Origin: a plasmid
Strand: one strand, 5' to 3'
Sequence record: AP029160.1
Length of the DNA: 64,000 nucleotides
Position 1 is the first letter of the stretch, and the number at the start of each line of letters is the position of its first letter. Position numbers and translations under genes: made by a program. Shown here one piece after another: positions 1 through 9,375 of the stretch. The notes under the pieces are model-generated. The model did not search any database. It was not told where the DNA came from and saw nothing but the letters and a program-made list of their open reading frames with translations.

Positions 1-279
1 CTGAGATCTTATCAATAGTCATGAATAAATTCAGTGGAACAAGAAATCTTTCATTAATATCTGCCCCTTGGGCTGAGAATGCAGCTATTTTTAAATTTTC
101 ATTTAGAAACCAGTTTCCCTTAGCCTTATCAGCATCCGCTTGGGAATTAAAACTATTTCCTTTAATTATATTCATAGTAGGCCACGTTAATTCTGAATCC
201 AAAAAAATAGGGCTTATAATTATGAATGGCGCATTTGATACATCACAGCTATGAGAAACCACCATGCTATATGAGTGAT

Positions 280-609
280 TTAAAGTCTGCGTTGTGATTC
301 CAGAACATTGAAACTTAACACATCCCCTTGGAACAAGTTCAAACCATTTTTAGGCGCAACTACCTTTGAAAAAGTTGTTACTGGATTGAGAACAGTACCC
401 CTTTTAAAAATCTCCCCAAATGGAGCTTGAGCTGGGACACCTCTTGTATCAGGATTTTCCGTTTTCCCATACATATCAGCAAGCATTGTCGCTGTATGAT
501 AAGACGAACTCGTTTTTTGTCCCATAATCATTAAAGGAAAAGAAGCTCCAGCTTTATCCAATTCATCTGTATAGTCTTTTAAACTCTTCAATTTATTCAT
601 ATTGAACAA
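280..609 (-). CDS. hypothetical protein (109 aa)
   Basis: ORF track. Abuts the upstream ORF 612..890 with a 2-nt gap, suggesting an operon. No recognisable motif. Confidence 0.35.
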   Translation of the reverse strand: MFNMNKLKSLKDYTDELDKAGASFPLMIMGQKTSSSYHTATMLADMYGKTENPDTRGVPAQAPFGEIFKRGTVLNPVTTFSKVVAPKNGLNLFQGDVLSFNVLESQRRL

Positions 610-611
610 TC

Positions 612-890
612 CTAATTTTCTTTTTTAATTAAAGTTTGATTAGGAAAATAATCGGCTATAGCTGCATCAACGTTAGCTTGCCATCCATGCTCTAAGGGAA
701 ACATGGTGATATAGCCGATAAGTGACATAGAACTAGTATCCTCATCATCTCCTTCCATAGGCACTCTTGCATCATGAAGTAGGCTTTTAACTTGTTTTGG
801 TTGTAATTTACCTTGATATTTCTTAGAGATATATCCTAAAACTTGATCTAACCGACGGAGTCTTTCCCCTTTCGGAGGCATTTCATTCAA
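612..890 (-). CDS. hypothetical protein (92 aa)
   Basis: ORF track. Co-oriented and adjacent to 280..609. No recognisable motif. Confidence 0.35.
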   Translation of the reverse strand: MNEMPPKGERLRRLDQVLGYISKKYQGKLQPKQVKSLLHDARVPMEGDDEDTSSMSLIGYITMFPLEHGWQANVDAAIADYFPNQTLIKKEN

Positions 891-1101
891 AGGTCTTTTT
901 TCCCATTCTAATATTGTCCTTTCAGAAACTAAAAATATTATTTTCCATTATGATTACATATTTTTTAAAAATTAGGAGCGACCCACCTCATACAAGAGAT
1001 ATGCTTATCTTAAGGAACAAACTAAAGTCGCATCGAGATTTTATGACAATAATATTTTTTAAAATCAATATTTTAAACGAGTAAATTTAAGACAAAAATC
1101 A

Positions 1102-1860
1102 TTATTTATGCAAATCCTTTATTTCTTTAAAAATGTCATTCTCTAAATCATCGAAAACAATCGGATGTGCAAAAGCGTTTAACATTAGGTCAAATATTTC
1201 AACAAGATTTTCCTTTAGTTTTTCGGGGTTGACTTCATTTATATAAGTCATTGGACTTGAAGGAGTACCAGTATAGCTAATTTTGGGATAATAACATTCA
1301 TGAATAGCTAAACGCATATCTTTCACAGAATAAATTAATCTATAATTCCAACAGGATTTTAAGTTCGAGTAATAATCTCTTTTTTTATCTAAAGATAATT
1401 CCTCAAAATTACTTAAAAATATTTCTTTTTCATAAGCGATTTGTTTTTTCTTATTAGTATCAAATACAAGAAATCCTTTTGAATCTTCATTTATCAGAAT
1501 TTCTTTTATTAATAAAAATAAATTAAAACTTCCTTTTTTCATATATATTTTTGCATGTTCTAATGTTGTGTAATTAAAAACCCGATTTTTATATTTTTGA
1601 ATTTCAGATATAGGAAGACCTACTGGTGTAAATGAATGTTTGTGCCACTCTACTAACTCATCTTTTGTGGGAAGAGAGCCATCTTCAAAACAAATGACGC
1701 TGTCTATACCACAATAAGGACATAAAGCGGTTTCATTATTATCAACATATTCTTTTATTTCAGAAGTTTCAAATGTCTCCAAGCAATAAAAACAGGAACA
1801 CTTCTTAACTTTTTCAAGTATTTTTCGATTCTTAAAAGAAAGTTGTCCTTGCAATGACAT
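1102..1860 (-). CDS. hypothetical protein with N-terminal zinc-ribbon (CxxC...CxxC)
   Basis: ORF track. N-terminus has CSCFYC...CPYCG, two CxxC pairs. The rest has no recognisable domain. Confidence 0.45.
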   Translation of the reverse strand: MSLQGQLSFKNRKILEKVKKCSCFYCLETFETSEIKEYVDNNETALCPYCGIDSVICFEDGSLPTKDELVEWHKHSFTPVGLPISEIQKYKNRVFNYTTLEHAKIYMKKGSFNLFLLIKEILINEDSKGFLVFDTNKKKQIAYEKEIFLSNFEELSLDKKRDYYSNLKSCWNYRLIYSVKDMRLAIHECYYPKISYTGTPSSPMTYINEVNPEKLKENLVEIFDLMLNAFAHPIVFDDLENDIFKEIKDLHK

Positions 1861-1960
1861 TTTTTTATACTCACTTATTTACTAATTAATCATTATTTAA
1901 TCAAATAATACTTGAATAAGTTCTATTTTTATCAACATATACCGCAAAATAGTAGATCAA

Positions 1961-2137
1961 TTACTCATCTACTTGATTAGAATTAGTAATAACTGCTAAT
2001 TCTTCTTCATGAACCGGAACAACCCTTGCACATGGGACACCATTTTTAGTTATAACAAAACTAAAATTTGCCAGGCATGCTTTTTCAACCATTTCTTCTA
2101 AATTTTCCATAGCATCTTCAAAAGTTACACTGAACAT
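1961..2137 (-). CDS. Phd/YefM-family antitoxin-like small protein (58 aa, possibly C-terminally truncated)
   Basis: Own translation (below the ORF-track size cutoff): MFSVTFEDAMENLEEMVEKACLANFSFVITKNGVPCARVVPVHEEELAVITNSNQVDE. AGGAG RBS 8 nt upstream. The ITKNGxPxAxVVP pattern matches the Phd/YefM fold. Confidence 0.4.
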   Translation of the reverse strand: MFSVTFEDAMENLEEMVEKACLANFSFVITKNGVPCARVVPVHEEELAVITNSNQVDE

Positions 2138-2189
2138 TAATAATACTCCTTATTTTTAGAAGTTAAATCAAATTAACTTCTTGTTCAAT

Positions 2190-2248
2190 GGGGTTCTGGG
2201 CGCTTTGAAGGGTGAGTAGATGGACCCCTTCAAAGCGCTCGGAACCCC
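2190..2248. promoter_or_regulatory. GC-rich near-perfect palindrome (23-bp arms, 12-nt loop)
   Basis: ggggttctgggcgctttgaaggg / ccccttcaaagcgctcggaacccc, with 2 mismatches. Lies between the Phd-like gene start and the first CRISPR repeat. Confidence 0.5.
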
Positions 2249-2254
2249 AGTATG

Positions 2255-4269
2255 GCTGAGACTTGCAGTGAATAAACGCTTTGATATGCTTTCTTCAACA
2301 AGTGATTTTACTAGTTCATTGCTGAGACTTGCAGTGAATAAACGCTTTGATATGCTTTTAGGGTCAAAAGTGGAGGAGCTAGGTCTGCTGAGACTTGCAG
2401 TGAATAAACGCTTTGATATGCTAAAACCTTGCAAAGCAAATGCAAAGGACATGCTGAGACTTGCAGTGAATAAACGCTTTGATATGCTAAAATTCGTTAC
2501 ATCAGCTCCAGCAGGAAAGCTGAGACTTGCAGTGAATAAACGCTTTGATATGCTATTTCAGTTGATTTCCAATATGGTTTTGTTGCTGAGACTTGCAGTG
2601 AATAAACGCTTTGATATGCTAGATACACTACCACCAATTGTATTGAGCGAGCTGAGACTTGCAGTGAATAAACGCTTTGATATGCTTGTTAGGAATTTAA
2701 ATACTTCACCTTTAATGCTGAGACTTGCAGTGAATAAACGCTTTGATATGCTATAATTTCAGGAATTAAATCCCCTTTTATTGCTGAGACTTGCAGTGAA
2801 TAAACGCTTTGATATGCTCAGAAGGCGATTTACCGGAGGGCGTTTCTAGCTGAGACTTGCAGTGAATAAACGCTTTGATATGCTAGATTGTACCGCTTGC
2901 AGGTAGCTTAATTTGCTGAGACTTGCAGTGAATAAACGCTTTGATATGCTATCTGTCGGATTCGTGTCCGACACTTTGTTGCTGAGACTTGCAGTGAATA
3001 AACGCTTTGATATGCTTTAATAGATATAGATAAAGTTACTTTATGGGCTGAGACTTGCAGTGAATAAACGCTTTGATATGCTAATACTTTTGAAATGGAA
3101 CCTCATATTTTAGCTGAGACTTGCAGTGAATAAACGCTTTGATATGCTTGATTATTTAAATTTAGATAATATAAATTAGCTGAGACTTGCAGTGAATAAA
3201 CGCTTTGATATGCTCGCATCGGATGATATAAAATCACCATCTGCGCTGAGACTTGCAGTGAATAAACGCTTTGATATGCTAAATTTTTTGAGTTTTTGTG
3301 GCCTACTATCGCTGAGACTTGCAGTGAATAAACGCTTTGATATGCTATATAGGCACGATTTCGAAAGAGCGGGATTGCTGAGACTTGCAGTGAATAAACG
3401 CTTTGATATGCTTCGTTGGACGCAAACATGGAATAGCAATTGGCTGAGACTTGCAGTGAATAAACGCTTTGATATGCTAATAGGATGTACTTATATATTC
3501 AGACATATGCTGAGACTTGCAGTGAATAAACGCTTTGATATGCTATTATTTATAGGAAATAGGACAACGTGTCCGCTGAGACTTGCAGTGAATAAACGCT
3601 TTGATATGCTTTTTTTCTTTTTTAATAAAGACAATTATGTGCTGAGACTTGCAGTGAATAAACGCTTTGATATGCTAAAGCTTCTTTAAAACATTTCTTA
3701 AAAGTGGCTGAGACTTGCAGTGAATAAACGCTTTGATATGCTTTCTAATTTTGTTGGCAAAAATGATTTGATGCTGAGACTTGCAGTGAATAAACGCTTT
3801 GATATGCTGCCACGTTATGATCGCCTGCACCAAGAGAGCTGAGACTTGCAGTAAATAAACGCTTTGATATGCTTAAAATTTTTAATTCAGTTCATAGTAT
3901 TCTGCTGAGACTTGCAGTGAATAAACGCTTTGATATGCTCAAACGTACCGTTAGAATTTATTGCTATTTGCTGAGACTTGCAGTGAATAAACGCTTTGAT
4001 ATGCTAAAACCAGCTTCTTTCAGACAAGAAAGAACGCTGAGACTTGCAGTGAATAAACGCTTTGATATGCTAGTGAGAGGCTAGGATCATTTTCCGCGAC
4101 AGCTGAGACTTGCAGTGAATAAACGCTTTGATATGCTTTCTTTACTGGATTCTACAAATTCGAATTCGCTGAGACTTGCAGTGAATAAACGCTTTGATAT
4201 GCTTAGAAATCATAAAATATTAAACATGATAATGCTGAGACTTGCAGTGAATAAACGCTTTGATATGCT
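2255..4269 (+). CRISPR. CRISPR array, 31 repeats of 36 nt (GCTGAGACTTGCAGTGAATAAACGCTTTGATATGCT), ~30 spacers of 29-31 nt
   Basis: Exact 66-bp periodicity. One variant repeat (G->A at ~3853). Adjacent to cas2. The repeat 3' part is complementary to the tracrRNA anti-repeat. Confidence 0.97.
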
Positions 4270-4274
4270 AGATC

Positions 4275-4310
4275 CTAATATAATTTCATAATTATATTAG
4301 GGTTTTTTGT
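4275..4310 (+). terminator. rho-independent terminator at the cas2-proximal end of the array
   Basis: Perfect 12-bp stem cctaatataatt/aattatattagg, followed by gttttttgtgatttt on the + strand. Confidence 0.5.
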
Positions 4311-4320
4311 GATTTTAGGC

Positions 4321-4674
4321 TCAAAAAAGTAGAATTTGAGGGAGTGGTTTTTCAATATTACCCTCGTTTTTTCCAAAAAAGACTTTTCGTTTTCCAAATT
4401 GTTTATCAGTAACCAATAATAATCTTACTTGTCCAGAAGGTGGAATTCTTTCTTGAATCATATTTTGTAAGCTTATGCTAGCTTCTTCACTTGAAAAATA
4501 GATAGCATAGACTGAAAATTGAAGCATTGTGAATCCTTTAGAAATCAGAAACTTTCTAAATTTAGTATATTCTTTCCGATCTATTTTTGTCACAACTGGT
4601 AAATCAAATAATGCAAATAGCCACACTGCGCTGTATGCTCCTGGTCCATTTATATTTTTATTATTTATTTTCAA
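4321..4674 (-). CDS. cas2: CRISPR-associated endoribonuclease Cas2
   Basis: 117 aa. Position after cas1. Cas2-like core LQFSVYAIY. Confidence 0.85.
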   Translation of the reverse strand: MKINNKNINGPGAYSAVWLFALFDLPVVTKIDRKEYTKFRKFLISKGFTMLQFSVYAIYFSSEEASISLQNMIQERIPPSGQVRLLLVTDKQFGKRKVFFGKNEGNIEKPLPQILLF

Positions 4675-4706
4675 ATAAACTCTTCTTTATAAAAATTTTC
4701 TAATTT

Positions 4707-5597
4707 CTATTTAAGAAGATTCGGTAAAATAATTTTAGGTTCTTGGGAAAGAAATGCATTAGAGAGACTTTGTGCTGATAGGGTAATTATATCCTGAAGC
4801 GGTCGTTCTTCCTTGTTGAAATTAAATTTTTTATACATAATTTCAATTAAACGTTTTTTGATTGATGTGTCTAAATTGAATGGACTCTGTAATTCTTCTG
4901 AAATTAAAAAAACTTCATTGTCAATAATTGGACGAAAAGGTTCCATAACATCATCCGCTAAGCAAAATGCATTGTACTTGCTTTTATGAAATATTCCTAT
5001 GGAAGGATTTAAGCCTGTAGCGCATAATGATCTTGCAACGACGGCCCTTAAAATAGCATACCCATAATTTAAAAATTTATTTTCGTCTTCAGCAGAAATA
5101 TCCCTTTTGAATTCTTTCATAGGATGTATATTTTTCCAATATATTCTGGCAGCCTGTGCTTCTAAATTTCCTTCGTCTCCACTTTTAACTTCTTTGCACA
5201 TTTTTAAAAGTCCAAAATGAGCACCTTTTTTTCTTAATAAAAGAGAGCCTTGAACTTCAATTTTTCGTGCAATAACCTTTTTCCAAAGTTGTTTTTTAAA
5301 TGGAATTGAAGAGAGAATCTGTTTTGCAAAACGCTGTGTTTGCGAAGAATGAGCATCAAGTGGTAAAAGCATTCCTATGGGCATGTGCCTTTCATCGCTA
5401 CAAACAAATATACTTCCATTTTCAGATAATTTTGAAAGTACTGCATGCGTGTATGTTACTGCTGGTGAAGAAACAATGAGAGCAGCAATATCAGAAAAAG
5501 GTAAGGTAACTCTATTTTCTCCTTCAATGACAAGGAGGTCATTGAAGGAGGAAAGACGCACTTTCTGAGTAGAAATATCAATAATTTTTTTTGTCAT
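4707..5597 (-). CDS. cas1: CRISPR-associated integrase Cas1 (type II)
   Basis: 296 aa. The start overlaps the cas9 stop (ATGA). Type II Cas1-like sequence. Confidence 0.9.
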   Translation of the reverse strand: MTKKIIDISTQKVRLSSFNDLLVIEGENRVTLPFSDIAALIVSSPAVTYTHAVLSKLSENGSIFVCSDERHMPIGMLLPLDAHSSQTQRFAKQILSSIPFKKQLWKKVIARKIEVQGSLLLRKKGAHFGLLKMCKEVKSGDEGNLEAQAARIYWKNIHPMKEFKRDISAEDENKFLNYGYAILRAVVARSLCATGLNPSIGIFHKSKYNAFCLADDVMEPFRPIIDNEVFLISEELQSPFNLDTSIKKRLIEIMYKKFNFNKEERPLQDIITLSAQSLSNAFLSQEPKIILPNLLK

Positions 5598-8500
5598 TCA
5601 TGACTTTCAAAAAGATCACCCAATGGGGAAACAATAATTTTTTTACATTTTAGAGCATATAATGAATTTGGTGAGACATTAGGAAAATCAGATGTCTTAA
5701 TTCTGTCACATTGAGGCCGAGCATCATGGGAAGGTGAATGGTAAATGCGGGAATCACTTGTAATAGATTTTACACTCCTTAATTTTACCTCTCCATTCTT
5801 ATCTGTTATTTCTATTATGTCTCCCTTCATTAGAGAGAATTTAAAATACCCCCCTTTTTCTTTTAGAGCATCTTTATCAATAACAGGACGATTATTCTTT
5901 TTTCTAGTCATCGCTTCTAGGCGTGAAACAACTATAGCTTCCCAGGTAACTTTTTTTCCTTTTGTAATTTCATAGTAAGCTATATGATGATTCTCATCTG
6001 CTTGAACATTTCTTTCTTGCAATCCCTTTCCAATTTGTAAAGGTGATGCTGTTCGTGCTTTTACACGCACCGACTTAATATATATTTTTTCTCCCTTTTG
6101 TTTTGCAAAAGGTCTTTTAAACTGTTCGTTATGTTTTACAATAAGGAAGGGAAGTGTTTTTTCATCGTCCAATTTGAAAGCTTTTTTTGGAATCTTAGTT
6201 CCAATTTCAGCTAATTTTCTCATAACACAATCTTTAATATTGGGATCAATTATATTTCCTAATTCTCTGTCAGTTAGTGAATCCAAAGGTTTTCGAATTG
6301 GGATATAATTTTCACCTAATTTGTCTTTGTTACTTTTACCATAGAATGTTTCCTTATGTAATGAACCATTAATTTTTCTGTCTACTCTAAAGGATATTTG
6401 AATTTTTGATACATGCTCTTGAGCTTGTTCTAATAAATTCTCCCAAATTTTATCTAATTTTCCAAATTTGCTTTTAGATTCCTTTTCCGCATTTTTTGCT
6501 GCTCGATTGAGTAAGTTTATAGATTTTTCAGATGTTAAAGCAATTACAAGTGCATCTACTGCATGATGTCTGTGGTCATTTCTTGATTTTATATTTTCTT
6601 TTGAAAGTATTGAATTTAATTTCCACATATTTCGTAAATAGGCAGTTATTTGACCAGTGCTTGCTCTTACTCGGAGATAATTGTTCCCATCAACTTCTCC
6701 TCCATAAAGAAGTCCTAGATAATTTTTTGCAAGTTTTGTTGCATAACGGGTATCATTTAACATTTGGCTAGCAAAATCTTGTTCACTTGTTGCATCTTTT
6801 TGCTTAAAAAGTTGTATTTTTTTATATTTCCCATTTCCTTTGAATTTTTCAACCCTTTTTAATATTTCTGAGTATTTTTCTGGACTGCCAATCCCATAAG
6901 CTTCATACGGGGTTTGGTTTTTTTTAACATTTCTATTTTCAAAATAATGGCAAAGAGTTTTATTTAAAAAAGAATCATCAAGACTTCTACTCAAAGGTAC
7001 AATATGTTCCACATCAAATTGAGGATTTTTCCCAAAGAGATCTTCCATGCTTATTATCTTTCCTGTATAGGGGCATTGATAATTGCATTCAACATATAAT
7101 AGATATTTTTCAATATCAGACTTACTTATTTTAAGGCTTGGTGAGTATTCTAATATTTTATTTTCTGCTTCTACTCTTTCGCTAGCACGACTTTTATTAG
7201 CCTTTAAAATATTTTCTCTAAACTCTTTTCCTTTTTTGAGTTCACGCGCAAGTTCTATTCGTATCTGTTTAGGTTTTCCGTACTTCTTGATTATGCTGTT
7301 TACAATTTTTCGAAGCTCAGACAAAGTTCTTGAAACTATCGGATTGCGTAAAGAAGGATCGACTTTACCATAAGATGGTAATAAATTAAAAATGTTTTTA
7401 TCGTTTTCATCTTTATAACCTGCATTTATTTTTGCTTCATAAAGATCCTTTCCTTCTCTTAAAAATGGAAGGATTTTTTCAACTGCGGTACTACTATATG
7501 CGAGGTAGCCTTCTTCTAAATTTATTTGAGAAAGTTTAGATGCTGTTTCTGAGTCTAATTTCCATTTTTCTTTAAAATGCTTTTCTAGTGCAATTTGTGA
7601 ATCAAAACTAATTAAAGCATTTACAATTTTTTCTTGATCAATTTTACTATGAGAGAAGAATCCACTGTAAACACTGAAAATTTTGCTAGAAGTGGTATCT
7701 CCTTTCACTTCATTTTCATCATATTTGAATTTTTCATCTTTTTCCAAGTTTAATATTTTTTTTAAGTAAGAAACTTTTATTTTATCTTTCTTTAAAAATT
7801 CATTGAAAATAATCTCTCTCTCATAAGGGGTCAATGATCTTTCTGTAGTAGTTGAAAAGCTATTTATAATCCGAAAATTATTTATCGTTTGTTTTGCTCT
7901 AAATTCTTGTGCATTTAAAAATGCAATTTTCATTCTTCTTTTGTCTTTTTCAAGTTTACAAAATCCAATAAATTTTTTAACAGATTTAAGAGGCCTTTGG
8001 TGAAAAATAGATTTATATATATTTTTTTTAACTTCGTTGTTTTCAAAAAAATGATTATTGCCTAATGAAATTTGTGAGCTTATAATTTTTTCATATTCTT
8101 CTTCATACATTTTTCGAGAAGTATATTTTTTTCTAATTCTAATTTTATCAGGTTCAAAAGTTGAAAAAAGTTCTCCTAAAGTTCTAAATTCACTTTCTTC
8201 CATGTTCTCATATAACTTTTTAATCCCTCCTAAAACATTGCCAGTTTCAGCACTTTTACCAGATTTCCTATTACTTAAAAATCCTCTTCTTTGGCCTAAA
8301 TGAAACAATGCCCTACCTATTTCAAAAGGCTCTAATTTTTCATCTAATGCAATTTTACGCAAAAAATAAGGAAACACATTTGGAAGAGTTTTTTTATAAA
8401 TTTTATATAAATGTGGTTTGTGAGGGAGTACGAGACTCCATTTTTTTAATAAATCTATATCTAAATCTCTAATTATTTCTTGTCGAACTTCAAGCATTCT

Positions 8501-8857
8501 GCGTCTTATTTCTTTTTTTTTGGCTTGATTTGATATATTTTCTTCAAATGGGGAATTTATTTTTCCTAGTTGTGATTTAGAGAAGTTTGGGAGCAGAGAT
8601 GATTCTTGTAAAATTTTAAATAATTTGTTCATGCGCATCATACGACGATCTCGTGCTCTACGTGTTAAACGTGCTTCTCTTCTTTGAGCATTTTTAGAAC
8701 TTTCTGTGCCGAATTGATCTCTATTTACACCCTCATCAAAAATACGTACCCCCATTTTTTCAATATTTTGTTTTTCTTCATTGATTAGGCTCCAACCAAT
8801 ACTAGATGTTCCAAGATCTAAGCCCAAGATTAATTCATTAGTAGTTAAAGAACTCAT
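5594..8857 (-). CDS. cas9: Cas9 (type II-C size class, 1087 aa)
   Basis: RuvC-I motif LGLDLGTSSIGWSL at the N-terminus, HNH motif DVEHIVPLSRSLDDSFLNKTL, RuvC-III HHAVDALVIALT. No csn2 or cas4 in the locus. Confidence 0.93.
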   Translation of the reverse strand: MSSLTTNELILGLDLGTSSIGWSLINEEKQNIEKMGVRIFDEGVNRDQFGTESSKNAQRREARLTRRARDRRMMRMNKLFKILQESSLLPNFSKSQLGKINSPFEENISNQAKKKEIRRRMLEVRQEIIRDLDIDLLKKWSLVLPHKPHLYKIYKKTLPNVFPYFLRKIALDEKLEPFEIGRALFHLGQRRGFLSNRKSGKSAETGNVLGGIKKLYENMEESEFRTLGELFSTFEPDKIRIRKKYTSRKMYEEEYEKIISSQISLGNNHFFENNEVKKNIYKSIFHQRPLKSVKKFIGFCKLEKDKRRMKIAFLNAQEFRAKQTINNFRIINSFSTTTERSLTPYEREIIFNEFLKKDKIKVSYLKKILNLEKDEKFKYDENEVKGDTTSSKIFSVYSGFFSHSKIDQEKIVNALISFDSQIALEKHFKEKWKLDSETASKLSQINLEEGYLAYSSTAVEKILPFLREGKDLYEAKINAGYKDENDKNIFNLLPSYGKVDPSLRNPIVSRTLSELRKIVNSIIKKYGKPKQIRIELARELKKGKEFRENILKANKSRASERVEAENKILEYSPSLKISKSDIEKYLLYVECNYQCPYTGKIISMEDLFGKNPQFDVEHIVPLSRSLDDSFLNKTLCHYFENRNVKKNQTPYEAYGIGSPEKYSEILKRVEKFKGNGKYKKIQLFKQKDATSEQDFASQMLNDTRYATKLAKNYLGLLYGGEVDGNNYLRVRASTGQITAYLRNMWKLNSILSKENIKSRNDHRHHAVDALVIALTSEKSINLLNRAAKNAEKESKSKFGKLDKIWENLLEQAQEHVSKIQISFRVDRKINGSLHKETFYGKSNKDKLGENYIPIRKPLDSLTDRELGNIIDPNIKDCVMRKLAEIGTKIPKKAFKLDDEKTLPFLIVKHNEQFKRPFAKQKGEKIYIKSVRVKARTASPLQIGKGLQERNVQADENHHIAYYEITKGKKVTWEAIVVSRLEAMTRKKNNRPVIDKDALKEKGGYFKFSLMKGDIIEITDKNGEVKLRSVKSITSDSRIYHSPSHDARPQCDRIKTSDFPNVSPNSLYALKCKKIIVSPLGDLFESHE

Positions 8858-8926
8858 TTTTAGTACTCATAATAAAAGGATAAGAAAAAATTGACTTTTC
8901 TAATAAAACAAATTATTTAAATTTGT

Positions 8927-9024
8927 AAAGCATATCAAAGCGGTTATTCCATTGCTTGCTTTAGCAAGGGTTTATGCCCGCAGCCTTAAAAAGCTAGAGG
9001 GGCTTTCGTGGCTCCTCTTTTTTT
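8927..9024 (+). ncRNA. tracrRNA: predicted tracrRNA
   Basis: The first 14 nt of AGCATATCAAAGCGGTTATTCC (8929..) equal the reverse complement of the repeat 3' end, 20/22 overall, and an imperfect match continues further. Then an AAGG...CCTT nexus-like segment, then a terminator hairpin GAGGGGC-tttcgtg-GCTCCTC plus T7. A TTGACT -35 lies at 8891-8896. Confidence 0.75.
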
Positions 9025-9375
9025 GTTCTGTTGCAAAGATTTCAAAGTAACAAAGAACCTTGGAATTGATTTTCAAAACGACTATTCCAGACGCAATTAT
9101 CCAGCGAGGGAGCTAAATTGCTCCCAAATAGGCAAATGACTTTTAAATTTGAATTGCCCTTTTCTGAGCATATGATGGAGTTCAATACCTGTTAAAGTAG
9201 CTTTCGCCAATTTCAATGAGAAGAAACCAAACATAAGCTTCACTTTCTTTTTTATAAATCGATGGTCTTGTTCTACAAGATTATTTAGAGATTTATTTTG
9301 TCTTATTAAGATCTTATCTTCAGATTTAAGATCTTTGTTGATAACATTTAAAACTGCAAATACAAAAAATAAGTG
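9025..9375 (-). mobile_element. 3' remnant of a divergent IS6-family element
   Basis: GTTCTGTTGCAAA inverted repeat at 9025 and a transposase C-terminal coding remnant (...IWEQF.SLAG). It differs from the main IS6 copies in the subterminal region. Confidence 0.65.

Noticed and set aside
21-254. ORF 21..254 (+, 77 aa) and an overlapping partial minus-strand ORF starting at 175 (MNIIKGNSFNSQADADKAKGNWFLNENLK...) that runs off the window start.
   Set aside because: The two overlap on opposite strands and neither has recognisable features. The minus-strand one is incomplete, so no call is made.
2168-4084. Six ORFs in the track (2168..2452, 2220..2756, 3103..3429, 3176..3439, 3192..3689, 3869..4084) with repetitive translations (LRLAVNKRFDML / ISKRLFTASLS).
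   Set aside because: They are artefacts of translating the CRISPR repeats in different frames, and are not genes.
5377-8303. Short ORFs antisense to cas9/cas1 (5377..5568, 5745..5975, 6532..6771, 7083..7373, 8058..8303).
   Set aside because: Fully embedded antisense in well-supported cas genes. Low-complexity translations typical of AT-rich DNA.
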